Shown: positions 13,121 to 23,965 of the stretch, piece after piece
Numbering within the stretch: position 1 is the first letter of the stretch
Layout: every line of letters starts with the position of its first letter
From: Monocercomonoides exilis PA203
Lineage: Eukaryota > Protista > Preaxostyla
Direction of reading: 5' to 3'
DNA length: 64,000 bases
Assembly: GCA_001643675.2 (NCBI GenBank)
Contig: LSRY02000025.1
Coordinates: 248,001-312,000, forward strand
Program-made: the position numbers and the translations under genes
Notes under the pieces: generated by a model
Databases searched by the model: none
Told to the model about the DNA's origin: nothing
Seen by the model: only the letters and a program-made list of their open reading frames with translations

Positions 13121-14195
13121 TTTTCAATATTATTATTAAAGATTAATAAACCTATTCGTTTTAATTTAAATACAACATTTGTTTCCAGTTTAATCTGTTT
13201 ATGAAGCACTCGCCAGTGAATGTGTCTCTCTGCTCTCTTTTGCACCCACTGCAATGCCCAAGAACAGCAAGAAAAGTGTGCTAGCTGTGAAACAAGGATG
13301 ATTATCAGCTTGTTTTTGTTCCTTTTTTTCAAGAACAAGCAGAAGAGTTTGATTGGGCAGACCAGAAAGGAACAAAGGAATGAAAGGAAAAGCGAACAAG
13401 AATGTTGTGTTTATATCGTTGGGAGAATATCATGAATGAACTTTGCATTTATTTTGATTTCTTTCTTTCTTTCTTTTTTGAATTGATGGACTGCTGCAAA
13501 TATCTGAGAAGTTAAATGATGTGAATAGAAACGAATATTTTCTGATGGTTTTCAACAACTGTAACATGACTTCTTTTTCATACAATTTATTTCTTTTTGA
13601 ATTTTGATTGTTATTTCATTTTTAAGGGATATTTTTTTGAATAACTTCTTAAAATTTTATTGGACTTTTGCCTTTTTTCCTTTTTATTCTGTTGAAAGCC
13701 ATTCGAAAGAATTGCATTTTTTGAAAAGACATTTTGTGTATTCTTCTTTTTGTGAAGAAAACCTTTTAGAGTTCACATTCAAATTTTTTGAATCTCATTT
13801 GATTTTTGTTTTTCTCATATTTTGAAAAATATGCACTCAAAAGAATGGAATTTATAAAAAAACGCTCATCAAATTTGCTTTTGTTTTTGATTTATGAAAT
13901 ACAATAAATTTTGTGAAAATTAACAACAAAGACTAAACATTGAACGATTTGCCACAAAACAAAATCCTGAAAGGCCAAATCAAAGAGAATTGACAAATCA
14001 AAAGAAGGAAATTATAATAAAAAAAAGATAAAATAACATTTGGAAACATGAAATTTTTGTCTTCATTTTCTGAAGGTTAAGAGAAGCATATTATTTGATA
14101 TTAAATGAAGTAGTGTTTTTTTCATAAGATCATATTTGACCCATAATAACACATTTCAAATTTGAGAAAAAGATAATCGAATTTTCAGCATCAAA

Positions 14196-17100
14196 ATGAA
14201 TTTAGCAGTTGTTATTTCTGCCATTTTGGGGAGTATTATTTACGGGCATTGCTTGTTCGAGGATGCCGCAAACGATAAAGTTGAAGCTATTCCAGAAATG
14301 AATGTTTTGCAAATTATTCCTGCAAGTGGTTCGACGACTTCAACAAAAGCTGAAAATAGTTGCAATGTGTTGGAAATTAATTCTTTCACCCAGTGCAAAG
14401 AGAAGAGTTCTGAATATTTTGAATCTGAGGAATGGGAAGGAAAATGGAGAAAGAATCAAAACAACAGACTCGAATCCACAAAAACAAACACAAACACAAA
14501 CAATTTCATATCTGAAGGAGATTTATCAAGTGAAAATGTGCGTAATGTCAAGAAGGCATATGAAGGAATTGAAGAAAGCAAGATGAGGAGTCTCATGATT
14601 CTGATAAATTCATCAGTCCATTGCATGAATTTGGGGATGTTTGCAAATGGAAATACAAGTTCAATAACCTTGAGGGCAAAAAGTGCTGCGATGATTTCTG
14701 GATGCTATTTTGAGGTTAGAAGCGAAATAAGTCCATTTGATTTGTGTTTCAGTCAAATTCAACTTACAAACTTGACACTTCGATCTTTGAAAGCACAACA
14801 AACTCAAATGCCTCCTCTTTTCTGCACGCAATTGAGGGAATCTAAAGGCCAGTCTGCCAGTTACGTTTCTGTTTGCTCGTCACATTTTTCATCATTCCAC
14901 ATATCTTCTCCTCCATTTCTGTCTTCTTCGTTTGTTGAGAGTGTTTCACTCACAGATTCGTTTTTCTCCAATATTTCAACAATTCCGACACACAGAGTGG
15001 ATCCTTTTACTCTTGGATATGGATGCACCACTCAGATGAATGACTGCTCATTTTCATCAGTCTGTGATGTGTATGATGGAGGGATTGTCCCCTCCCTGAA
15101 CAACCCATTTGCTTCTCTGACTGCCTCAAACACCTCATTCGTTGAGTGTTGCAGGACAAGAAATATTGAATTCATTGGAAGCAAAGAAAACCCATTGAAG
15201 CCAGGGAGACAAAACACAACAGACGATGTAGTTGATTCATTTATTTGGTGCGAGTGGAACGGATCGAAGACAACAGGAAGCAAAGCTGATATTACTGATG
15301 ATGCTTCCAATGGTGGAGCAATTCGCATGTACAATCTGGAAAATGGAATCCTATTTGTTTCTTATTGTGCATTCAACAATTGCTATGCATTTTATGGTGG
15401 AGGCGGAATTATGTGCCGTTCAATAAAGTCTATGCATATCGTAAATAATTTGTTTTGTAATTGTACTGCACAAAACTATAATGGAGGAGGAATGAATGCT
15501 GTATCAATTTCGTCATGTACAAGAATCAGCGGATGTGAATTCCAGAATTGTAATGCAAAGTATAATGGAGGAGGACTTTTTCTAGAATATTTTCAGGTTT
15601 CAGCACAAGGATGTATTGGGGATGAAAAAGGAGAAGGAGAAAGTGCATGCATGTTTGACTGCAGTTTTTCTTTATGCTCACTTGCAAGCACAGGTGGTGG
15701 AGGTATATTTTGCAAAAATATGCCTGCTACACAATTCAAAATGAGGAGCATTCAGTTTATTTCTTGTTCAGCAACCGCACATGGCGGAGGGTTGTATCTG
15801 GAACAGAATAAAACAACAGCACCAGATGATGGAGTTTATTGCTGTTTTCTTTTCTTTCATGAATGCAAATGCAGGGATGCAACCAATCCACGCGGACATA
15901 ACGTTCAATATGCTGATGCTTATAATCTGTATTTGAGCACAGGAAATCCATTCTATGAATGCTATACAACGAATGCAGATATTCAGAGGATGTGTTATGC
16001 ATACGATTATTCAAGTTTAGGGAGCTGGGTGCTCCAGAACACAGAAAAGAAGAATTGGCTGAAGGATGGAATTCTTTATCGTTTTGTTGCTGCTGATGGA
16101 GGAGTTGATGACAAGTTGTGTGGAGCAGATGAGTTAACCGCATGTCAATCGATTGGCATTGCAGTCAATTGGAGTGCAACACAGACAAGTTTAGTGATTT
16201 CTCTGTTGGAAGGGAATCATTGCAATGAAGAGACAGAAATATCCATTGAATCGAAGAAGATGAGAATGGCAGGGAAAGGAAAGGAAAGAAGTATTATTGA
16301 GACGAAATCTTTGTCTCCGTCTTCAACAACATTGTTCAGAGTTTTGAGTGGGAAATTGGAAGTCTTTCATGTGGGAATTGATCACAACTCGGAAAGAGAT
16401 TCCAGTCCGAGTGTGTTTGTCGTTTCTGAAAGAAGTGGTTCACTTTCGTTGGAAGATGTATTGATCTCTTCGAGTGTTGTTGAAACGAAAATTATGACTT
16501 CATCTGTTTTTGTTATGAAACTTTCACAACTGGCAATGACCGATGTGGAGATTAAAAACATGAAAGTGAGCCAACCTCTGTTTGCCGAGCCATCATCAAC
16601 AGAGGATGCTTCAGACGAGAGTTTTCTGTCAAATGTGATAGTTCGGAATGTGAATCTGACAGAAGGAGATGGAGTGGTTGTGGCAAAGAGTGTGAAGTCA
16701 GGAGAGGCATTTGTGGTGTGGAACATAACAATAGAGCAATGTGTATGTGAGAATGGGAATGGAGGGGGAATATATGTTTGCTTGACAGGTGATGGGAAAA
16801 TTGCTGTGAATGGAGCGAGTGTGATTGATGGGAATAAGGCAGAGAATAATGGAGGGAGAGGAGGGAGAGGAGGGGGGATGTTTGTGTTGATGGAGAGTGG
16901 AGGATGTGGATTGACAATTGGAGAGAATGTTGAGTTTTCGAAAGTGAAGGAGAATGAAGCTGAATATGGAAAGGATGTGTTTGTTGGCTGTGGGAGTGGA
17001 GTGTTTCTAGAGTCCAAAGTGAATTCAAACACATTCGCCTTTTTTGACACAAGTGAAATTCCATCAGACGTGTTGAGGCTGAGTGGGAGTGAAAATGGGG

Positions 17101-20100
17101 ATGAAAGTGGAGTGATTCCACTGTTTGTGTATTTGTGCACAATGGGGACAAAGGTGATTGTTGATGGGAGTGGAGGAAATGGGATGGACCACAATCATTG
17201 TGGATTTGAAGGGTTTGGATGTTTGACAGTTGATTATTGTGTGAACTCAAGAATGAGTGAAAGTTCAAAAGAAATAGAGGTTATCTCATCTTCGTCAATA
17301 AATGAAGAAATTGAATTCTCTTCATTTGATGTGATAATTTCAGGCAGAATAACATCGTCATCAGAGGAAGGGGAGAGGATACAGGTGAATGTGAGCGATA
17401 GAGGATTATCCACACAAGATTGGCTTGTTGGAAGTTCGAGTTCATTGACAATGAGGAGACTATCATTTGTTGTGAAAGGTCAGATGAATTCGAGGAGAAG
17501 TGCATTCATTCACTCAACATCAACACTCAGTGTGACGAACTGTTCAGTCTCATTTGAAAGTGGGGCATTGACTGATGGAAAGATAGGATACAGCATCATT
17601 GACATGACAGGAGGGAATCTGATTGTTGATGGATTTGTGATGGAAAGTTCATTGATAATGAACGGGAAATCACCAATATCAATGACTGCTGGAGTGAAGA
17701 TGGAGATTTTGAATAGCAGAGTGAGTGGAGTGGAAATAACTGGAGGAGATGGGGGATGTTTGAATGTGGAGATAAAAGAAGGAGGAAGTGCAAAAGTTGA
17801 AGAATGCAATTTGTCATCAGTGTGCACAGGTGGAGGTGGGATGAAAGGAGGAGGGATGATGATATCAGTGGGGAAGGGAGGGAGTTTGGAAATGAAAAAT
17901 GTGAAATATTCTTTGTGTGAAGTGCCAAGAGAGGATGTTGAGGAAGGAGGAAGAGGAATTGGAGGAGGGATGTTTGTTGAGCTTCCTGAAGAGTTTGAAT
18001 TATTTGTGCTTGAAGGAATGAAATTTGAGGGATGCAATGCTTGGAACGGGAAGAATGTGTTTGTTTCAGGATGGAATCTGAGAGAGATTGTGAACAAGGA
18101 GCACCTGAAATGGGAGATGGATTCAGAGGAGTTGGGGTCATTGGATGAGTTGTGTGGATGGGAAAGGAAGACGACAGGAGAGGATGGATATGTGATTCCA
18201 TTGGTTGTGTATTTGTGGAATAATTGGAGTGGAAATGGGTTTGTTTCGAAAGAGAAAGGAGGAGACTTCAGTGGGTGTGGGTATTCGGAATCACCATGCT
18301 CATCAATTGACCACTTGATTTCACTGAGATATGAACCACTTGGAGAAGGAGAATCACACGTCAAGATTGTTGGATCAGGGCTGCTTCAAAAATCTATTTC
18401 ATTTTTATCATCATCATCTTCTTCAAAAACTCCGATTGTGTCAATTGAGGGGGAGAAAGAAGGAACAAATTTGAAAGTGAGTGAGGGAGGAAGGAATGAA
18501 GGTGAAGGAGGAGAAGGGGGAATGATAAGATCGAATGTTAGCCTTTCATTCACCAATATTTCATTTTCTTTGCCAAATGGATTGGGGGAACATTCATCAC
18601 TCATCCAATCATTATCCTCCTCATCAGCGTCACTTTCAATATTGCGATGCTCATTTGTTTGTGAGGATTCAACAAAGGAAACGAAATATTCATTGGCAAT
18701 CGCAGATGGAGGGGATGTGGTGATTAAGGATTGCACCCTTTCTCAATTCAATCTGGCAAAAGGATTTTTGGAGTTTGCCTCAGAAGTGGAAGTGATTGAT
18801 GTGATGAATGTGTCTGCTTCGAACACAACGATTTCAGGAAGGAGTTTGATATCGCTGATTCAGCCTTCCGCAACAAATATGTTGATCAACAAAGCAAAAG
18901 AAAACGCAAAACAAAGAGTGAGGGTGAACAGCTCCTCATTTGTGAACATCACATGTTTGGAGAACAGGGCAAGTGTGATGAGTGTGGGATCATTCTCATC
19001 AGGGATGGAGTGTGTGATTGAAGGGTGTGTGCTGACGAAGTGCATGAGCGAGAGAAGCACAGAAGGCGGAGGGATGAAGATGCTGATGAAGAGAAGAGAG
19101 TCGGAGGTGAAAGTGAGTGGGTGTTCATTTGGGATGTGTGTGTGCTCGACAGGGAATGGAAGGGGAGGAGGGATGATGATTGATGCGCTTGATCCGAATG
19201 GGGAATGCTCCAACACAGAAATGCCACCACTTGGGCTGAGATTGGAGAGCATCCGATTTGTGATGAATGATGCGTTTGCGGGGAAGGATGTGTTCATCCG
19301 ATGTGACTCGATTGAGTTGCAGCTGAATGAAAGACTGTTTGGACTGGACTTCAGCCAGGAGGCGCTGAAGGGGGAGAAGTCGATGTGTGGGAGCGATGGA
19401 GAAGGGAAAGTTGATGTTGATCTGATTCCGCTGATCACATTCTATTATTCTTCACAGGTGTTTGTGTGTGTGAACGGGAGTGACAGCAGGCAGTGTGGAG
19501 CACAGAGCAATCCGTGCGAGAGCGTTGGAAATGCTGTGCAACACATCGGACGAAGTGTTGTGAATATGATTCTTATTGATGGGGAAGGGATGATGGGAGA
19601 GGGATGTGTGATTGGGGATGTGAAGGTGGTGTCGATTCGGAGAGAGAAGGCGACAATCCATTTTTGTGGGAAGATGGGGGAAAGAGGAGAGGAGAGGAGC
19701 ATGATGGTGTTTGTGAATGAATGTGTTGTGGAGAGGTGCCAGTTTGTGTTTGGGGAGATGTTTGGGTGGGGTGGGGAAAGCATTGTGAAAGAGAAGGATG
19801 GGAGATTGGAGATTTCAGAGTGCATTTTCAGCTCGTCAACAATGGATCTGGTGATGGAGAGGATGATTCTTGATGTGGAGAGTGGAGAGCTGAAGATGAG
19901 CGAAACGTTGTTCAGTGGAATTCATTCAGCTGTGCCACTTCTGTCATTCTGCGGAGAATCTTGTGTGTCAATTGCTGAGACACGAATATTGAATATCGAG
20001 TGTGAGGGGGAAGTTGTGCGAGTTGGGGGAAAAGCGAAGGCAGAGATGAAGGAAGTGAAGTTTGAGAATATGTCAGTGGCTATTACAGGAAGCGTGATGA

Positions 20101-22349
20101 AGATGGATGGAGCTGAAAGGGAGTTGAGTGTGCTGAACTGTTCCTTTGCGAAATGCCGGAGCACAAACAAGAAAGGAAGGGTGATGAGGATATGTGAGTG
20201 TGTGGATGTGAGGATTGGATCGTGCTTGTTTGATGGAGAGGAAGGAGAGGAAGGAGAAGAAAGAGAAGGAAAGGATGGGAATGAGGATAATGGAAGAGGC
20301 GAAGAGATTTGCAGATGGGATGGATCTGTTGTGGATGTTGTGAAGAGTTCTGTTTTGATGAAAGACACAACAATCACAAATTCACCAGAAGGGGGAATAT
20401 CATTGAGTGGAGGGGAGATGACAATTAATGATGGAAGATTTGAGAACAATAATCCATCGATTGAGGGATATCCATCATTGAGAAGAAACATCATCTGTTC
20501 AGATTCAGGAACATTGAATGTGATGAGTTTGAAAGGAGGAGACGGAGTTTTTCCAAATACATCACTTTGGATGTTGAATGATGGGTGCAATTTTGAAGGG
20601 ATTGTTTCTGAGAGGGATTCATCATTTTTCATTCCTGTATTGGAGAGTGTGGAAGCAAAAGAATTAACAGACAGAATGAAACTGACATTCAAGGGATTGC
20701 TTCTTTTTCCATGCAATCTGTCATTCTCAGTTGTGAAGAGGAAGGGAGAAGAGAAAGAGATTGAACAACATGATTTTGATTCAAATGGATTTCTATCAGA
20801 AAAAGAAGTTGAAGGGAGTGTGGAGAAAGATCTCATCAGCAGTTGCGATGATGAAATCGAGGTGAGTGTGCATATTTTGTTTGGGGGATCTGACGATTCG
20901 TCAACCACTGAATCTTTCATCCTGAAGAACAAAAGCGATGGAAAAACAAATGAAGAAGGAAAACTTGTTGAAGGAGGAAAAGAAGGGAAATCTTATTGGT
21001 TGTTGGTTGTGATTGTGCTTGTCGTGATGTTCTTGATTGTTCTGATTATTTCAGTTGTTGTGACAATTCGATGGAGAAAACAAAAGAGAAGAGCAGAGGA
21101 ACTTGAAGTTATTGTGAATGATAATATCAGAAAAGATCCAAAGGCGTTAGAGATGGTGACGATGGAGATATCACCAGAAGAGCAATGGAGGCGAGCAGAG
21201 AGAGAGGCAGAGAAGAAAAATGAAGAAAGGATCAAGAAGAGAATGAATGAAAATGAAATGGTTCATTCGGAATCTGAAGAGTATCTTTTGAGCGAGAGTA
21301 ACTCCACTGAATACATTCTGGGGAGAGATTCAGATAAGATCCCAGAATGGGCTTTGGAGAAGGAAGGAGAAGAAGAGATAAGGAAGAAAACGCCATCGCC
21401 ATCTATTTCATCCACTTCAACAACGGACACAGATACAACATTTGTTCGATGTGAAGATCTGTGCCCAACCACTTCGTCAATGTCGAATCTGGTGGATGCG
21501 ATGGCTTGTTCGTCTCCTCATGAGAAGCTGATTGTGGACTTGAGGGATTCTTTGTTCATGCTGTTGCATGGAAAAAATGAGAAGAAGGAGATGGAAATCG
21601 GGAGCCTTCAACAAAGAGAGCAAACAGCTGCCCAGATCCTGTTTTGGGTGGCAAATGGAGCTCTCCATTCATTCGATGAAATGGAAAATCCTCTTCAATC
21701 TCTTTCCAATCTGAGTCCTCACATTGTGCTGTTCTCCGAACACATGGTTATCTGCATTGCGATGCACTCTGATTTATTGTCAGATGATGATTCTGACTCA
21801 TCATCAATCTCTTCATCAACAGTTGTGACATCTGTCAGTGATGACGATGATGATGAAAGTGACTCTCTTCCCTCATCAGCATTTGAGGATGAGGATAGCT
21901 TCAAAAAAGAGTGTCTGAGGTGGAAGGCACCTGAGCTGCTGATGAACAAGAACATGGGAGCGACAAAAGAATCAGTCTCGTTCTCGATTGGGATGATGCT
22001 GTGGGAGTGCCTGACTCTGCAAATCCCGTTTGGGGAGTATGAGGCAGAGGTGGCAGAGCAGAAGATTGCGAACGGAGAGCGGCCAGCACTCGAGGTTGTG
22101 CAGTGCTCTTCCTTCTTTGTTCTTGTGAAGAACTGTGTGTCCCAGTCGCCTGGTGCACGCCCCTCCCTTGTCCAGCTCAAAAGAGAGTTCATTGGGCGCT
22201 TCCCGCCTGGCGCAGCTGTCCTCACACTCACAGACGCAGTCGACCTCGAAGACTCGACCGGCGGGCGCGGGCAAGGCACAACATCTTTTGCCTTCTCAGC
22301 CAGCAGCACTGCCAGCGAAGCTCAGCCAATAGTCATCACCAAAAACTGA
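14196..22349 (+). CDS. 2717-aa single-pass receptor-like protein: signal peptide, repeated Gly/Cys-rich beta-helix (pectin-lyase/Pmp-like GGAI) modules, TM helix, degenerate protein-kinase C-lobe
   Basis: Intronless ORF with a hydrophobic N-terminus and many GGG(A/M)I..F..C..N motifs. Four GxDxxxCGxxxxPCxSI-like module caps. TM YWLLVVIVLVVMFLIVLIISVVVTIRW (~20995-21075). Kinase subdomain VIII-XI motifs RWKAPELL, FSIGMMLWECLTLQIPF and RPSL. Confidence 0.85.
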   Translation: MNLAVVISAILGSIIYGHCLFEDAANDKVEAIPEMNVLQIIPASGSTTSTKAENSCNVLEINSFTQCKEKSSEYFESEEWEGKWRKNQNNRLESTKTNTNTNNFISEGDLSSENVRNVKKAYEGIEESKMRSLMILINSSVHCMNLGMFANGNTSSITLRAKSAAMISGCYFEVRSEISPFDLCFSQIQLTNLTLRSLKAQQTQMPPLFCTQLRESKGQSASYVSVCSSHFSSFHISSPPFLSSSFVESVSLTDSFFSNISTIPTHRVDPFTLGYGCTTQMNDCSFSSVCDVYDGGIVPSLNNPFASLTASNTSFVECCRTRNIEFIGSKENPLKPGRQNTTDDVVDSFIWCEWNGSKTTGSKADITDDASNGGAIRMYNLENGILFVSYCAFNNCYAFYGGGGIMCRSIKSMHIVNNLFCNCTAQNYNGGGMNAVSISSCTRISGCEFQNCNAKYNGGGLFLEYFQVSAQGCIGDEKGEGESACMFDCSFSLCSLASTGGGGIFCKNMPATQFKMRSIQFISCSATAHGGGLYLEQNKTTAPDDGVYCCFLFFHECKCRDATNPRGHNVQYADAYNLYLSTGNPFYECYTTNADIQRMCYAYDYSSLGSWVLQNTEKKNWLKDGILYRFVAADGGVDDKLCGADELTACQSIGIAVNWSATQTSLVISLLEGNHCNEETEISIESKKMRMAGKGKERSIIETKSLSPSSTTLFRVLSGKLEVFHVGIDHNSERDSSPSVFVVSERSGSLSLEDVLISSSVVETKIMTSSVFVMKLSQLAMTDVEIKNMKVSQPLFAEPSSTEDASDESFLSNVIVRNVNLTEGDGVVVAKSVKSGEAFVVWNITIEQCVCENGNGGGIYVCLTGDGKIAVNGASVIDGNKAENNGGRGGRGGGMFVLMESGGCGLTIGENVEFSKVKENEAEYGKDVFVGCGSGVFLESKVNSNTFAFFDTSEIPSDVLRLSGSENGDESGVIPLFVYLCTMGTKVIVDGSGGNGMDHNHCGFEGFGCLTVDYCVNSRMSESSKEIEVISSSSINEEIEFSSFDVIISGRITSSSEEGERIQVNVSDRGLSTQDWLVGSSSSLTMRRLSFVVKGQMNSRRSAFIHSTSTLSVTNCSVSFESGALTDGKIGYSIIDMTGGNLIVDGFVMESSLIMNGKSPISMTAGVKMEILNSRVSGVEITGGDGGCLNVEIKEGGSAKVEECNLSSVCTGGGGMKGGGMMISVGKGGSLEMKNVKYSLCEVPREDVEEGGRGIGGGMFVELPEEFELFVLEGMKFEGCNAWNGKNVFVSGWNLREIVNKEHLKWEMDSEELGSLDELCGWERKTTGEDGYVIPLVVYLWNNWSGNGFVSKEKGGDFSGCGYSESPCSSIDHLISLRYEPLGEGESHVKIVGSGLLQKSISFLSSSSSSKTPIVSIEGEKEGTNLKVSEGGRNEGEGGEGGMIRSNVSLSFTNISFSLPNGLGEHSSLIQSLSSSSASLSILRCSFVCEDSTKETKYSLAIADGGDVVIKDCTLSQFNLAKGFLEFASEVEVIDVMNVSASNTTISGRSLISLIQPSATNMLINKAKENAKQRVRVNSSSFVNITCLENRASVMSVGSFSSGMECVIEGCVLTKCMSERSTEGGGMKMLMKRRESEVKVSGCSFGMCVCSTGNGRGGGMMIDALDPNGECSNTEMPPLGLRLESIRFVMNDAFAGKDVFIRCDSIELQLNERLFGLDFSQEALKGEKSMCGSDGEGKVDVDLIPLITFYYSSQVFVCVNGSDSRQCGAQSNPCESVGNAVQHIGRSVVNMILIDGEGMMGEGCVIGDVKVVSIRREKATIHFCGKMGERGEERSMMVFVNECVVERCQFVFGEMFGWGGESIVKEKDGRLEISECIFSSSTMDLVMERMILDVESGELKMSETLFSGIHSAVPLLSFCGESCVSIAETRILNIECEGEVVRVGGKAKAEMKEVKFENMSVAITGSVMKMDGAERELSVLNCSFAKCRSTNKKGRVMRICECVDVRIGSCLFDGEEGEEGEEREGKDGNEDNGRGEEICRWDGSVVDVVKSSVLMKDTTITNSPEGGISLSGGEMTINDGRFENNNPSIEGYPSLRRNIICSDSGTLNVMSLKGGDGVFPNTSLWMLNDGCNFEGIVSERDSSFFIPVLESVEAKELTDRMKLTFKGLLLFPCNLSFSVVKRKGEEKEIEQHDFDSNGFLSEKEVEGSVEKDLISSCDDEIEVSVHILFGGSDDSSTTESFILKNKSDGKTNEEGKLVEGGKEGKSYWLLVVIVLVVMFLIVLIISVVVTIRWRKQKRRAEELEVIVNDNIRKDPKALEMVTMEISPEEQWRRAEREAEKKNEERIKKRMNENEMVHSESEEYLLSESNSTEYILGRDSDKIPEWALEKEGEEEIRKKTPSPSISSTSTTDTDTTFVRCEDLCPTTSSMSNLVDAMACSSPHEKLIVDLRDSLFMLLHGKNEKKEMEIGSLQQREQTAAQILFWVANGALHSFDEMENPLQSLSNLSPHIVLFSEHMVICIAMHSDLLSDDDSDSSSISSSTVVTSVSDDDDDESDSLPSSAFEDEDSFKKECLRWKAPELLMNKNMGATKESVSFSIGMMLWECLTLQIPFGEYEAEVAEQKIANGERPALEVVQCSSFFVLVKNCVSQSPGARPSLVQLKREFIGRFPPGAAVLTLTDAVDLEDSTGGRGQGTTSFAFSASSTASEAQPIVITKN

Positions 22350-23965
22350 GAATGAAAAAGTTGTGGAAAAAATATGAATTTGAAGGAGAAGAATTACTAT
22401 TGCACTGGCGATGATCGCCAGTGACATTTGTTTTGTATTTGTTTTGTATTTTGTATTTGTTTTTTGTTAAGTTTGTTTGTTTGCGCAAAGCACATATTTT
22501 GCTCCTCTTGGCCTCATTTTCGCAGAACATGCGATTCTCAACGAAAGAGTCGCACTGCCATGTGCTTCTGCATCCTTGCTCAGACTTGTGACAACCAAGG
22601 GCTTTCCTCAAAGCCCTCCAGCAACCAAAATCGATTGTCTGAGCCAGACCTGCCAATTCGCATAACATCACCCTCGTCCTTCTTGGCCAAAGAATGGCAC
22701 AAAAGCCAAGCACGAAAGGATATTCCATGTGCACAAAATTGGGAATATCATAAATATTCTTTGTTTTTCTTTATCATAATTTTATTTTTTGTTTTGTTTT
22801 TAAAAAGTCATATTTCGTTTTGTTTCTTGTTTCTAATTTCTTATTTCTTATTTCTTATTTTTTTCACAAATTTCGTTTCATCTCAAATTTTTTTTGTTTG
22901 TTTTGTTCAGTTTCTGCTTATTTTGCTCTTCATTATTTATCTGAGCTTATTCAGCTTTTCTTCTTCGTTTTTGAATGGAGCAAAATTTTTTGCAAATTTC
23001 AGACCATTCATTCACACATTCTGTGAATTTTATCTTCATTTTGATTAATGAAATATGTATTTCCACTTTATCCTTTTGTTGTTATAATTACAGTTGCTGT
23101 TATTGCTTTCATTTTCCTTGCTCAGCGAAAATTGCGTTATTATCACAACACAAATTGTTTCAATGATTTCAATCACTTTGTATTTATATTCTCATTTTTG
23201 TTATTATTTTTTCGTTCATTCACGAGACATTTTGCGTGTTTCTTTTTGTTTATTTCATTGTGTAGTCAAATAGCATTTTGTAAATCACATTTTGAGATTG
23301 AGCATGTTTTTTTGTGTTGATTGAAAAGTAACTTTTTTTCAATTTTTTCAATTTTTGTTCATTTTTAGTGAGCCAAAATTGAAACATTCAGTAAAACAAA
23401 TTATTTCTTGTTATTGTTATTTTTATTTTTTGAGGATGGAAGAAACATGCAAAAAGATCAAGCGGCTTTTGCATCTGTTCTTTTCGAGACTGGAACAAAT
23501 CAGGTCAAAAGATCATTATTGATTCATGAACTTCGACAATGATGATCCAGCAATTAACATATCGTTTCAAGCATAAAAAAAATTGGTTCATTTATTTTGT
23601 TAGAAAACAATATTTGTATTGGTCCATTTTTTTTCCAATTGTCATACAACAGTATGAATGTTAAAAATATTGTCAGTTTTTGTGGAAGGTTTATAAAAAT
23701 TTCAATGCACATAAAAATATTTCTTTAAAAAATTAATAGAATTTTTCTAAGTGACGAATGCTTTCATGATTTGTGTGATCCTGCTGTTTTCAACTGAATT
23801 AGTGATTGAGCGAATTAACGAACGCAAGGAGCAAGTTTGCTCCTCGATAATGAGTCTCGAAATCCCTTCTATCTCAGTACACGTGATCTTAAACCCTCCT
23901 TCCTGGCACAATATCGTGCAGCGTATGAGTTGAGAGCGTGCGTGAAGTGGTGCGGACATCCTGCT

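Noticed and set aside
16382-22309. Minus-strand ORFs inside the 2717-aa gene
   Set aside because: Antisense shadows with no independent motifs.
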